DNA from: an uncultured Myxococcales bacterium | GTDB taxonomy: Bacteria > Myxococcota_A > UBA9042 > DTJE01 | Direction: 5' to 3' | NCBI GenBank assembly: GCA_903847405.1 | Contig: CAINDP010000063.1 | Span: forward strand, 41,620-105,619 | DNA: 64,000 bases | Part shown: one piece after another, positions 55,926 to 64,000 of the stretch | Layout of the letters: each line of letters opens with the position of its first letter | Numbering within the stretch: position 1 is the first letter of the stretch | Made by a program: the position numbers and the translations under genes | The notes under the pieces: generated by a model | The model's database searches: none | The model's input: only the letters and a program-made list of their open reading frames with translations | Told to the model about the DNA's origin: nothing

Positions 55926-57707
55926 TCACTCGCCGTCGAGGGCCTTGGGGTCCTGCAGCACGACCAGGCAGGCGTCCACCACGGTCCCGTCGAATCGCGA
56001 GCCGCGGCCGGCCACGATTTCCTGGATGGCCTGATCGATCCCCAGCGCCGCGCGGTAGGGGCGATGGGAGGCCATGGCCTCGACGACGTCGGCCACCGCC
56101 AGGATCCGCGAGCCCAGGAGGATTTCGTCCCCCTTCAGGCCGTCCGGGTACCCGGTGCCGTCCTGCCGCTCGTGGTGCTGGCGGACCATGTCCGCGATGG
56201 GCCATGGGAACTCGATGCCCTGGAGGATGTCGTATCCCACGACGACGTGGGACTTGATGAGGTCGAATTCGATCGACGACAGGCGCCCCGGGCGGACCAG
56301 GATCTCGCTGGGGACCGCGATCTTCCCGATGTCGTGGATTTCCGCCGCCGTGTACACGCCGGTCACGGTTTCCTCGTCCAGCCCCAGTTCGACGGCGATG
56401 CTGCGGGCCAGTCGCGCCACGCGCTGCTGGTGTCCCGCGGTGTAGGGGTCGCGGCTTTCGACCGTCCGGCCCATGGAACGGATCACGCCGCCCATCGCCC
56501 GTCGCAACCGGTCGAAGGACTCCTGCAGCCGGATTCCGTCCAGTTTTTCCCGGGTGACGTCGGTGAGGATGTGGATGCCCCCGATGACGTTCCCTTCCGG
56601 ATCGGTGCGCGGGTCGACCGCCAGCAGGAACCACTTGTCGCCCAGCCGGATCGTTTCCGTTTCGCGCTGGTGCGTGATCAGCATGCGGTGCGACGGGCAC
56701 ATCTCGGCGGCAAGGGGACAGTGGATCATGTCGCAGAGCGTCCGGCCGATCATCCCCTCGGGGGCGACCCCCGCCAGGTCCGCCGCGGCCCGGTTTCCCC
56801 GGAGCACCTGTTGATCCAGCGTGGTCAGCGACACGGCGTCCCCGATCGCGTCGAAGGTGGCCCGCCATTCCCGGGCCGCCTCCTCGACCGCCCGGGCGAA
56901 CCGCATGCGTTCGCTGACGTCCCGGGACACCAGGACCATCGTGTCGCGGCCGCCCTCGATGCCCTGCACCCGGCGGGCGGTCCCTTCGATGTCCCGCCAG
57001 GTGCCGTCGCTGTGGCGCACGCGGGTTTCGTACCGCAGCGTTTCCCCCGGGATCGCCCCGTTCAACCTGCCGTGCAGGCGCTTCTGCTCCTCGGGGGTCA
57101 CGCGATCCAGCACGGCCCGGCCCAGCAGGTCCTCGGGAACGAACCCCAGGACGGTCAGGTACGACGGGCTGGCGTACAGGTACCGCCCCTCGGCGTCCAG
57201 CAGGCAGATCAGATCGCCGGTGTGCTCGGCAATCAGTCGGTGCTGGTCCTGAAGGTGCTGCAGACGCCGTTCGGCGCCCTCCCGCTGGCGGACGGCCTCC
57301 CGGCGGGCCAGGGCGTTCCGCAGGGCGTTGGGCAGGCGCATCAGGCCGCGCTTCAGAAGGTAGTCGTCGGCGCCTTCGCGCATGCAATCGGCCGCGACCT
57401 CGTCGGTCTGGGTGCCGGTCACCAGCAGGAACGGGATGTCCAGGCCGCTGGCCCGCACCTCCCGCAGCGCCTCGATGCCCGTCCACCCGGGCAGGTTGAA
57501 GTCCGCCAGGATGGCCTGGGGCGCGAAGGTTTCCATGGCCTGCAGGAAGGCATCGCGGTGATCCACGACGGTGAAGGCAACCTCCATCCCCCCCCGCTCC
57601 AGGGCCCGCTGCACCAGGGCCGCGTCGTTCCCGTCGTCCTCGATCATCAGGACGCGCAGGGGGCCGGCCTCCACCACGGGGGTCTCGTCGCGGGCGATGT
57701 CCATCAT
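55926..57707 (-). CDS. response regulator with REC, two PAS and HD-GYP c-di-GMP phosphodiesterase domains
   Basis: ATGATG at 57707/57704 with a GAGGAG RBS. REC (VLMIEDDGND ... ILADFNLPGWTG ... DYLLK). HD-GYP motifs HDIGK ... HHERQDGTGYP. Confidence 0.8.
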   Translation of the reverse strand: MMDIARDETPVVEAGPLRVLMIEDDGNDAALVQRALERGGMEVAFTVVDHRDAFLQAMETFAPQAILADFNLPGWTGIEALREVRASGLDIPFLLVTGTQTDEVAADCMREGADDYLLKRGLMRLPNALRNALARREAVRQREGAERRLQHLQDQHRLIAEHTGDLICLLDAEGRYLYASPSYLTVLGFVPEDLLGRAVLDRVTPEEQKRLHGRLNGAIPGETLRYETRVRHSDGTWRDIEGTARRVQGIEGGRDTMVLVSRDVSERMRFARAVEEAAREWRATFDAIGDAVSLTTLDQQVLRGNRAAADLAGVAPEGMIGRTLCDMIHCPLAAEMCPSHRMLITHQRETETIRLGDKWFLLAVDPRTDPEGNVIGGIHILTDVTREKLDGIRLQESFDRLRRAMGGVIRSMGRTVESRDPYTAGHQQRVARLARSIAVELGLDEETVTGVYTAAEIHDIGKIAVPSEILVRPGRLSSIEFDLIKSHVVVGYDILQGIEFPWPIADMVRQHHERQDGTGYPDGLKGDEILLGSRILAVADVVEAMASHRPYRAALGIDQAIQEIVAGRGSRFDGTVVDACLVVLQDPKALDGE

Positions 57708-57856
57708 GCTGCGGCTCCTCGCAGGAAGGGGGATCTTTCCACGCTGCCAGCATGGGCCATCCCCGTCCACATCCCCATCGGGGAAATCCCGGGGGTCGGG
57801 GTTCCAAAAACCCTGGACGGGAACGTGGGGAGGCAGGGAGGAGGTCGGGACGGAGT

Positions 57857-58510
57857 TCAGGATTCCAGGCTGGTCAGCCCTTCGCGGATCGCATACTTGG
57901 TCAACTCGGCCACGCTGCGCAGGCCCAGTTTTTCCATCACCTGCTGCCGGTGGGTTTCGACCGTCTTGACGCTGACCCCCAGCTGGAACGCGACTTCCTT
58001 GGTGGATTTTCCCTCGGCCACCATCTGGAGGATCTCCCGCTCGCGGGTCGTCAACCGCCCGCCGGGCGTGGCCTGTCCCTGGGGCAGGCCCCGGATCCAG
58101 TCCCGGATGACGTCGGTGGACACGGTGCGTCCCAGGTACACCTCGCCGGCCGTCACCGCGCGGATCGCCGTCGCCAGTTCCTCGTAGGCACAGTCCTTCG
58201 CAAGGTAGGCAACCGCACCGGCCCGCATCATTTCGCCCACGAACCGGCGATCGGTGTGCATCGACAGGGCGACGACACGGGTCGCGGGCCGTTCGGCCAG
58301 GATCTGCCGGGTCGCCTCGATGCCGTTGAGGTCGGGCATTCCCACGTCCATGACCACCACGTCCGGCGACAGGTCCCGGGCCAGCACCACGGCCTGTCGC
58401 CCGTCGTCCGCCTCGCCCACCACGTCGAAATCCGCCTCGGCGACCAGCAGGCCGCGAAGGCCCGCGCGCATCAGTCGATGATCGTCCGCCAGCAGCACGC
58501 GCACCTTCAT
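57857..58510 (-). CDS. NarL/FixJ-family (LuxR-type HTH) two-component response regulator
   Basis: MKVRVLLADDH REC followed by C-terminal LuxR HTH (LTTREREILQMVAEGKSTKEVA). Its ATG overlaps the stop of the upstream histidine kinase (ATGA). Confidence 0.85.
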   Translation of the reverse strand: MKVRVLLADDHRLMRAGLRGLLVAEADFDVVGEADDGRQAVVLARDLSPDVVVMDVGMPDLNGIEATRQILAERPATRVVALSMHTDRRFVGEMMRAGAVAYLAKDCAYEELATAIRAVTAGEVYLGRTVSTDVIRDWIRGLPQGQATPGGRLTTREREILQMVAEGKSTKEVAFQLGVSVKTVETHRQQVMEKLGLRSVAELTKYAIREGLTSLES

Positions 58511-60102
58511 CCCGCGCCCCCCCCCGATTCGCGCAGAGGCACCGTCAGGGCCACGACCGTCCCGCGCCCTCGCGCCGAGTCGATTTCCATCCGCCCCCCC
58601 AGCGTCGCCAGGCGCTCGCGGATACTGTACAGCCCGAATCCACTGGAGTTCCCCGGCTTCGGGACCTGCATCGGGACGAATCCCAGGCCGTCGTCCCGGA
58701 CCTCGACGCGCACCGCGCCCCCGTCCGTCCGGACCCGCACCGTCACCCGCGTCGCCTGGGCATGCCGGGCGGCATTGACCAGCAGTTCCCGCACCGCCGC
58801 GAACAGCAGCAGGCGCGTTTCGTCGTCGATCGGAGCCTGGGCGCCATCGGCGACGATTCGCACGGGGATCCCGTGGCGCTCCTGGAACCCGTCGGCCACG
58901 GCCTCCAGACCCGCGACCAGGCCCAGGTCGTGCAGCGACGGAGGGCTCAGCTCGGACGTGACCGCGCGCGTCGCCCGGATCGCCTCCTCCAGCGTGGCCC
59001 GCACCTCGTCCACCACCGTCGCCAACCCGCCGTCCCGGGTCTGGTCGCGCAGCCTCCCCAGCGAAATCCTGCACAGGGCCAGCAACTGGCCCACCTCGTC
59101 GTGCAGTTCGACCGCCAGCCGACGCCGTTCGCGCTCGGCGGCCAGCGTCAACTGGGACGCCAGGGAACGCAGTCGCTCCTGGTTCGCGGCCAGCGCCTCC
59201 TCGGCACGAAGGCGCCGCGCCTCCGTTTCGATGGACTCGAGGCCGTAGGACAGCATGTCTGCCAGGCGTTCCAGCAGAAGGCGGTGCTCCTCGTCGAAGG
59301 CATCGGAGGCGTCGTGGTACAGGTTCACGACGGCGACCACCTGGCCCTCGACCCGCAAGGGCAGCGCGGCCCAGGAACGCAGCCCGCGACCGCCCAGCTC
59401 GTCGCGCCAGGGCTGTGCCAGGTCGTCCCGCTCGATGTCGGCGCAGACGCAGACCCGGCCGGTCCGGGCGGCCGCACTGGTCGGCCCGTGGCTTTCCTCG
59501 CGTTCCGGGTCCAGCAGGAACCGCGCCGTCGCCAGGGTCCCGTCGTCGTCCCCTTCGCCCGGGAACGGACGGATCACCCCGGCCGCCCGATCGACTCCCC
59601 CGACCCACACCAGGCGAAACCCACCGTCGTCACGAAGGGTCCGCGCCACCGCGCCCAGCAGCGCATCGCGGTCCCGTCGGCGGACCACGTCCTCGCCGAC
59701 CCGCGCCAGAACGGCATACAGGCGGTTGAGGACCTCCAGGCGCTGCTCCCGCACGCGGACCTGCCGAAGGGCCTCCCGGCGGACCATCGCCTCGGCGACC
59801 TCGCGCTCGACCGCTGGCCGCAGGCGATCCAGCCGCTCCTTCGACACGAAGTCCCGGGCACCGAACTTCATCACGTCCGCGGCGGTTTCCTCGCCGACGT
59901 GGCCGGACACCACCAGGACGGGCAGTTCGGGGTCCACTCCGGCGACCAGGGACAGCGTCAGTTCCAGGACCAGGCCGGGAACGTACACGTCGGCGATCAC
60001 CGCGTCCCAGGCCTCTTCGGCAAGGGCCTTGCGCAGGTCCGCGTCGGTGTCGACCCGGCGCCAGGAAAGGCCGCCCGACACGCCGCGCAGATCGTGGACC
60101 AT
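58507..60102 (-). CDS. sensor histidine kinase (HisKA_3/NarX-type) with N-terminal receiver-like and GAF domains; coordinates given from first ATG, true 5' end uncertain
   Basis: HisKA_3 H-box LAVELHDEVGQ. HATPase_c (LLVNAARHA ... GFGLYSIRERL). REC-like homology continues in frame upstream of ATG 60102 (...TPLRLLFVEDREDDTLL-MVHD...) back to the TGA at 60244-60246, with no ATG/GTG/TTG in that stretch. Confidence 0.75.
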   Translation of the reverse strand: MVHDLRGVSGGLSWRRVDTDADLRKALAEEAWDAVIADVYVPGLVLELTLSLVAGVDPELPVLVVSGHVGEETAADVMKFGARDFVSKERLDRLRPAVEREVAEAMVRREALRQVRVREQRLEVLNRLYAVLARVGEDVVRRRDRDALLGAVARTLRDDGGFRLVWVGGVDRAAGVIRPFPGEGDDDGTLATARFLLDPEREESHGPTSAAARTGRVCVCADIERDDLAQPWRDELGGRGLRSWAALPLRVEGQVVAVVNLYHDASDAFDEEHRLLLERLADMLSYGLESIETEARRLRAEEALAANQERLRSLASQLTLAAERERRRLAVELHDEVGQLLALCRISLGRLRDQTRDGGLATVVDEVRATLEEAIRATRAVTSELSPPSLHDLGLVAGLEAVADGFQERHGIPVRIVADGAQAPIDDETRLLLFAAVRELLVNAARHAQATRVTVRVRTDGGAVRVEVRDDGLGFVPMQVPKPGNSSGFGLYSIRERLATLGGRMEIDSARGRGTVVALTVPLRESGGGAG

Positions 60103-60243
60103 CAGGAGGGTGTCATCTTCCCGATCCTCGACGAACAGCAGTCGAAGTGGCGTTGTGCCCTCCCCCGGACGATTGGCGACGGAACGATGGTAGTCCGCGG
60201 TCCAATACGGATCAACGCCGGGGGTACGGGTGAAGCACCGGGA

Positions 60244-63200
60244 TCAGGCGGGGGGCGGGCAGTCGGCCGGCGGATCGGTGAAGTGGTCGTCCGGGTACTC
60301 GGTGGCGCAGAACTGGTCACAGCTGCCGTCGGCCAGCCACGCGCAGGGATCCGCGGACGCGCAGGTGCAGTTGGTGTAGGAGCCGGCGGTGCACTGGGCG
60401 GCGGAAACCGTGGCGTCGCAGGCGAACACGCACTGACAGGAGGTCCGCTCGTAGTTCGGGGTGGTGAAGACGTGGCAGACGCCGGACGTGGCGCCGTTGT
60501 CCTGGCACCGGGCGTTGCAGTCCACCCCGACCAGGCGGGAGGTGTTCGCGTCGCAGCCGGCCAGCGTGGCCGGCGCCCCGGCGACGCAACTGGCCGCGTA
60601 GGTATCCGGATCGCAGGGGCCGTTGGTCGGGCCCAGGGGGCCGATCTGGGCCGTCAGGGTGAAGTCACCGTACCCGTCCACCTTCTCGACGTCCACGATG
60701 ACGTAGACCGTGACGGGCTCCGTTCCGTCGTTGGACCACGTGACCGAGGACGCCCCGGCCGCCACGCACTTCGTCGGGTCGGCGAGGTCGGTGGTCAGCC
60801 AGAGGGCGGGCGCAAAGCCGAGGACCTTGGTGATGTCGAACGCGGCGAAGTCGCCGGCCTGCAGAACGGCCTTGTACACGACGTCCGGACCCACGAGGGC
60901 CTTGGCGCCGCACCCGGTGACGGTCGGGTCGTAGTCGCCGTTGGCGCCGACCAGGGTCCCGGGGACCGCTTCCCCGTCCGCGATCCCCGGGATGCCGTCC
61001 GCGACGGGTCCGTCATTCGCCGGCGCCGTGACCGGGTCGATGGCCAGGGTCATGTGGATCGTCATGTCGTCCTGGGGCAGCAGGCTGTCCACGATCACGT
61101 ACACGGTCGTGTCCACGCCGTTGCGGTTCCACCAGATCAGTTCCTCGGTCCCCGCATCCCAGACGGCGTCGGCGCCCGCCAGGCAGGTCCCGTCGGCGTT
61201 GGCGCAGTCCGTCACGATGTACAGCTGTGCGTCGAAGGGCGTGTCGATGCCGGCCCGCAGGACGTTGTCCTTCGGAACGATGACCTTGTAGGCCGCGTCC
61301 TTGCCCATCGCCGCATAGCCCGTGCAGGACGGGGCGATGTACGTGTTCACGTCGTTGGCGAGCTGGAAGGTGTGCGTCCCGGCGCCGATCAGTTCGGCGC
61401 CCCCGCAGGTGTCGGACGCCCCGACCGTGAAGATGCGCAGTTCCAGGGAGTAGGGGAACTTCGCGATGCCGGGCACCAGGGGCGACTGGGTCACCTCGAT
61501 CAGGATGTCCTGGGCGGCGACCGCCACGTAGCCCATCAGCAGCGACGAGTAGTCGCCCTGGGGATCCAGGTCGTCGTTTTCCCAGCCGGTGATCAGCGCA
61601 CCGGTCGTCGCGTCCAGCAGGCGCAGGTAGGTGTCGATGTCCAGGCCGCAGAAGGGCTGCGTGCGGATGTCGACGGCCTCGCCGGCCTTCAGCGAGATGC
61701 GGTACAGGTCCACGTCGCCGCCGGACCCCGTCGACAGCAGGGCGCCGACCACGCGACCGGTGCCCGCGGGCAGGACCTGGGCCTTGTCCCTGGTGTCGTT
61801 CTGCTCGACCTCGGCGACGCCGAAGGTGGCGGACACGACGCACGCGCCGCCGCTGCAGGCCAGCGCCGGGCACCCGCAGTCGGCGTCGACCGCGCACGTG
61901 CCGGTCTGGCAGAACCCGCCGCTGCACTTCGTGCCGATGCACTCGGCGTCCTCGCTGCAGGGGGTGCCGTCAACGGCGGGACGGACGCAATGACCGGACT
62001 CGGCACAGGCGATCGTCAGGGCGCAGGCGCCCGACAGCGGCGCGCAGACGCTGGTGTACCCGTTGAGGCCGTAGCACCGCGTCCCGACCGGGCAGACCGG
62101 GCTGTACGAGCAGTTCAGCGCGCAGAAGTAGTTGCCGTCGGCGCCCTGGATGCACTCGTTCAGGCTGAAGCCGCCTTCGGGGCTGCAGTCCGCGCCGTAC
62201 AGTTCCGGGTTGCAGGGCTGGCACTCGCCGAAGGTCACGGGCTCGATGGGCTCGGAACCCTCGCAGGGCAGGTTCGCGCTGCAGGTCTCGGTGCACGTTC
62301 CGCCGATGCAGGCGCCGGTTTCGCAATCCGCGTTCAGGCGGCAGGCGCCCAGCAGGAAGGTCTTGCCGTCGGCGGACAGGACGCAGGTCCCCTGGAAGCA
62401 TCCCATCTGGGGCGGGCAGCCGGTGCCGTCGGGGCAGGCCGTGGTGCAGTAGTAGGCCTGGACCTTGGCGTCGCCGAAGCAGATCGTGCCGTCCGTGCAG
62501 TCCTCGGGGGCCTGGCAGCCCTTCACGCAGGCGCCGCCGTAGCAGGTCAGGCCCGCGAGGCACTGGAACGTGTCGATGCACGCCTGGCCGGACCCCACGG
62601 TGCCCAGGAGGGCCGGAGGCACGCACAGTTTGCCGTTCACGGTGTCCGTGCAGGTTCCGTCCACGCAGGGAATGTCGTCGGCGCAGACCGTGGTGCAGGT
62701 CTTGACGCCCAGGAGGTCCTGGCACGTGCGGCCGTCCTTGCACGCGTAGTCGGCGACGCAGGGTTCGCCGAAGCCGTGGCCGGACTCGCCCTTCGGGACA
62801 CAGACCAGCAGGGTCAGGTCGCTGGCGATGACGCCGGGGACGCACTCCATGTTGTCGGGGCACGAGGACAGGTCCTCGATCAGGAAGCACTGCTCGCTGC
62901 ACAGGCCGCTCTGGCAGAAGCGCTTGGCGCAGTCGCCGCTCTGGCCGCAGGGCTGGCCCGCCTGGAGGATGCCTTCGGGAACGCAGTAGAAGTCGTACTT
63001 GAAGCCCAGGGCCGTGCCGCCGTCCCGGCAGCCGCCGCAACTGCCGCACAGGGCGTCGGAGGCCTTGCCGGTGCCGTCGTCGCAGGACTTCGTGCAGAAC
63101 TTCTTGCCGTCGATGCCCAGGCACAGCGCGTCGGCACAGTCGGCGTCGTGGTTGCACGCCTGGAAGGCTTCGAGGGTGCCGTCATTGGGCAGCGTCGCTT

Positions 63201-63879
63201 CGGTCGACAGGGGCCGGCACAGGAATTCCGCGCCGGTCCGGACGCAGGCCATGCCGTCGGGGCAGGCCGCGCTGTCGCTGCCGCACACCGCGGTGCAGTA
63301 GGTCGTCCAGTCGTCGCCCCAGGCCGCGCAGCGTCCGCTGGCGCACTCGCCGTCGAAGTTGCACGCCGTGGCGAGGGGCTGGTCGTAGGTGCGATGGTCG
63401 CATTCGCCGAAGCCGATGCAGGCGGCGGCCAGGCAATACCCGCTGCCGTCCTTTCCGGTGACGGCCTCGCAGGGGGTGCTGTCCGCCTTCCCCTGGTACA
63501 CGCATCCGCCGGTCAAGGGGTCGCAGGTCCCCGCGGGCTGCTGGCAGGTGCCGGGCGCGTCGCACACCAGCGGACCGGCGCCCACGCAGACGCCCGACTG
63601 GCAGGTGCCGCGGACCAGGCAGGCCCCCTCGGCGCCGCAGGCCCCGGCCGCGTTCAGCGGCTGGCATCCGTCGCAACATGCGTCGGTGGTGCTGCACGTG
63701 CAGGTGTCAGGCCGGACGTTGTCGCCGGTGGATTCGTCCAGCACGTCGCCGATGCCCGGGTCCAGGGCGTCGACAACGTCGTTCCCGACGTCCGTTTCCG
63801 TGGAGGACCCGCCCCCACAGGCCGCCAGGGCCAGGATCGCCGCCACGAACAGCACCTTCGCGCCATGCCGCAAGACCAT
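60244..63879 (-). CDS. large secreted Cys-rich-repeat lipoprotein with two PPC-like (pre-peptidase C-terminal) domains
   Basis: ATG at 63879 (MVLRHGAKVLFVAAILALAACGGGS) with GGAGG 5 nt upstream. About 60% of the protein is C-x-x-G-x-C-type repeats like those of the S8 protein. GDVDLYRISLKAGEAVDI matches the PPC D-x-D-x-Y ... AGE pattern. Confidence 0.75.
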   Translation of the reverse strand: MVLRHGAKVLFVAAILALAACGGGSSTETDVGNDVVDALDPGIGDVLDESTGDNVRPDTCTCSTTDACCDGCQPLNAAGACGAEGACLVRGTCQSGVCVGAGPLVCDAPGTCQQPAGTCDPLTGGCVYQGKADSTPCEAVTGKDGSGYCLAAACIGFGECDHRTYDQPLATACNFDGECASGRCAAWGDDWTTYCTAVCGSDSAACPDGMACVRTGAEFLCRPLSTEATLPNDGTLEAFQACNHDADCADALCLGIDGKKFCTKSCDDGTGKASDALCGSCGGCRDGGTALGFKYDFYCVPEGILQAGQPCGQSGDCAKRFCQSGLCSEQCFLIEDLSSCPDNMECVPGVIASDLTLLVCVPKGESGHGFGEPCVADYACKDGRTCQDLLGVKTCTTVCADDIPCVDGTCTDTVNGKLCVPPALLGTVGSGQACIDTFQCLAGLTCYGGACVKGCQAPEDCTDGTICFGDAKVQAYYCTTACPDGTGCPPQMGCFQGTCVLSADGKTFLLGACRLNADCETGACIGGTCTETCSANLPCEGSEPIEPVTFGECQPCNPELYGADCSPEGGFSLNECIQGADGNYFCALNCSYSPVCPVGTRCYGLNGYTSVCAPLSGACALTIACAESGHCVRPAVDGTPCSEDAECIGTKCSGGFCQTGTCAVDADCGCPALACSGGACVVSATFGVAEVEQNDTRDKAQVLPAGTGRVVGALLSTGSGGDVDLYRISLKAGEAVDIRTQPFCGLDIDTYLRLLDATTGALITGWENDDLDPQGDYSSLLMGYVAVAAQDILIEVTQSPLVPGIAKFPYSLELRIFTVGASDTCGGAELIGAGTHTFQLANDVNTYIAPSCTGYAAMGKDAAYKVIVPKDNVLRAGIDTPFDAQLYIVTDCANADGTCLAGADAVWDAGTEELIWWNRNGVDTTVYVIVDSLLPQDDMTIHMTLAIDPVTAPANDGPVADGIPGIADGEAVPGTLVGANGDYDPTVTGCGAKALVGPDVVYKAVLQAGDFAAFDITKVLGFAPALWLTTDLADPTKCVAAGASSVTWSNDGTEPVTVYVIVDVEKVDGYGDFTLTAQIGPLGPTNGPCDPDTYAASCVAGAPATLAGCDANTSRLVGVDCNARCQDNGATSGVCHVFTTPNYERTSCQCVFACDATVSAAQCTAGSYTNCTCASADPCAWLADGSCDQFCATEYPDDHFTDPPADCPPPA

Positions 63880-63945
63880 CGGTTCCTCCATCACCCGTTG
63901 AGCCCCGGGAGAGTAGGACGGACGACGGGGATTGGCAAGACGGGG

Positions 63946-64000
63946 AAAAGTGGGACAGTCACCCATTTCCGGGCAAATGGTGACTGTACCACATTTCCCC
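63946..64000. repeat. second copy of the ~27-nt palindromic unit family (imperfect inverted pair), truncated by the window end
   Basis: ggaaaagtgggacagtcacccatttcc ggg caaatggtgactgtaccacatttcc. It shares GGAAAA.TGGGACAG.CACC.ATTTCC with U1-U3 at 25412-25514. Lies just 5' of the 63879 start codon. Confidence 0.5.

Noticed and set aside
60102-60320. 72-aa Pro-rich ORF whose TGA overlaps the histidine kinase ATG (TGATG)
   Set aside because: Low-complexity Pro/Thr/Arg translation. It overlaps the 3' end of the Cys-rich lipoprotein gene. The same DNA read in the histidine kinase frame gives genuine receiver-domain sequence.
1-64000. Mobile elements, tRNA/rRNA, prophage or canonical defence islands (restriction-modification, CRISPR-Cas, toxin-antitoxin)
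   Set aside because: No transposase/integrase-like ORFs, no tRNA-like cloverleaf regions, no cas-like genes or repeat-spacer arrays were found on either strand.

Overview
This is a 64 kb window of very GC-rich (~70%) bacterial chromosome, most likely from a member of Myxococcota. The evidence for that is a C-terminal MYXO-CTERM-like sorting tail (Cys / Gly-rich / TM helix / RRR) on a 1.5-kaa subtilase, two proteins built from myxobacterial-style Cys-rich repeats, abundant lipoproteins (L-x-x-C lipobox), eukaryotic-like Ser/Thr kinases and c-di-GMP enzymes. The window is gene-dense, about 40 CDS, with no rRNA, tRNA, CRISPR or obvious transposase. Annotatable content, from start to end:
- a partial TolC-like outer membrane protein and a lipase-like alpha/beta hydrolase lipoprotein;
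- a small diheme cytochrome c;
- a minus-strand signalling unit: a PD-(D/E)xK-like hypothetical protein, a multi-PAS hybrid histidine kinase, and a 1.77-kaa kinase / pseudokinase / AAA-STAND / TPR / GAF protein; the last two genes are separated by 7-22 nt (stop at 8623, start at 8615 or 8600);
- a glycine-rich RRM RNA-binding protein;
- a plus-strand operon of two tiny Cys-rich ORFs, a 764-aa lipoprotein, an HExxHxxGxxH/SVMDY metzincin lipoprotein and a beta-barrel-like outer membrane protein;
- housekeeping-type enzymes: M20 peptidase, GNAT, TcdA, CoA-transferase III, two beta-lactamase-fold hydrolases, an HD protein, a ketopantoate-reductase-like protein;
- a flotillin followed by a peptidoglycan-binding protein whose C-terminal HExxH domain has atypical base composition;
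- a Qrc/ACIII-like membrane oxidoreductase operon (pentaheme cytochrome c, TAT molybdopterin-family subunit, 4Fe-4S subunit, NrfD) plus a fifth membrane protein with a GcvH-like domain;
- GGDEF and REC-PAS-HD-GYP proteins, a FadL porin with a lipoprotein partner, and a NarL-type two-component pair;
- a 1.2-kaa Cys-rich lipoprotein with PPC-like domains.
The non-coding signals I rate most worth a second look are a dispersed family of about 27-nt self-complementary units forming very long hairpins (25390-25515 and again at 63946-64000), a tandem direct-repeat array in the promoter of the Qrc-like operon, and a histidine kinase whose REC-domain homology continues upstream of its first ATG with no canonical start codon.
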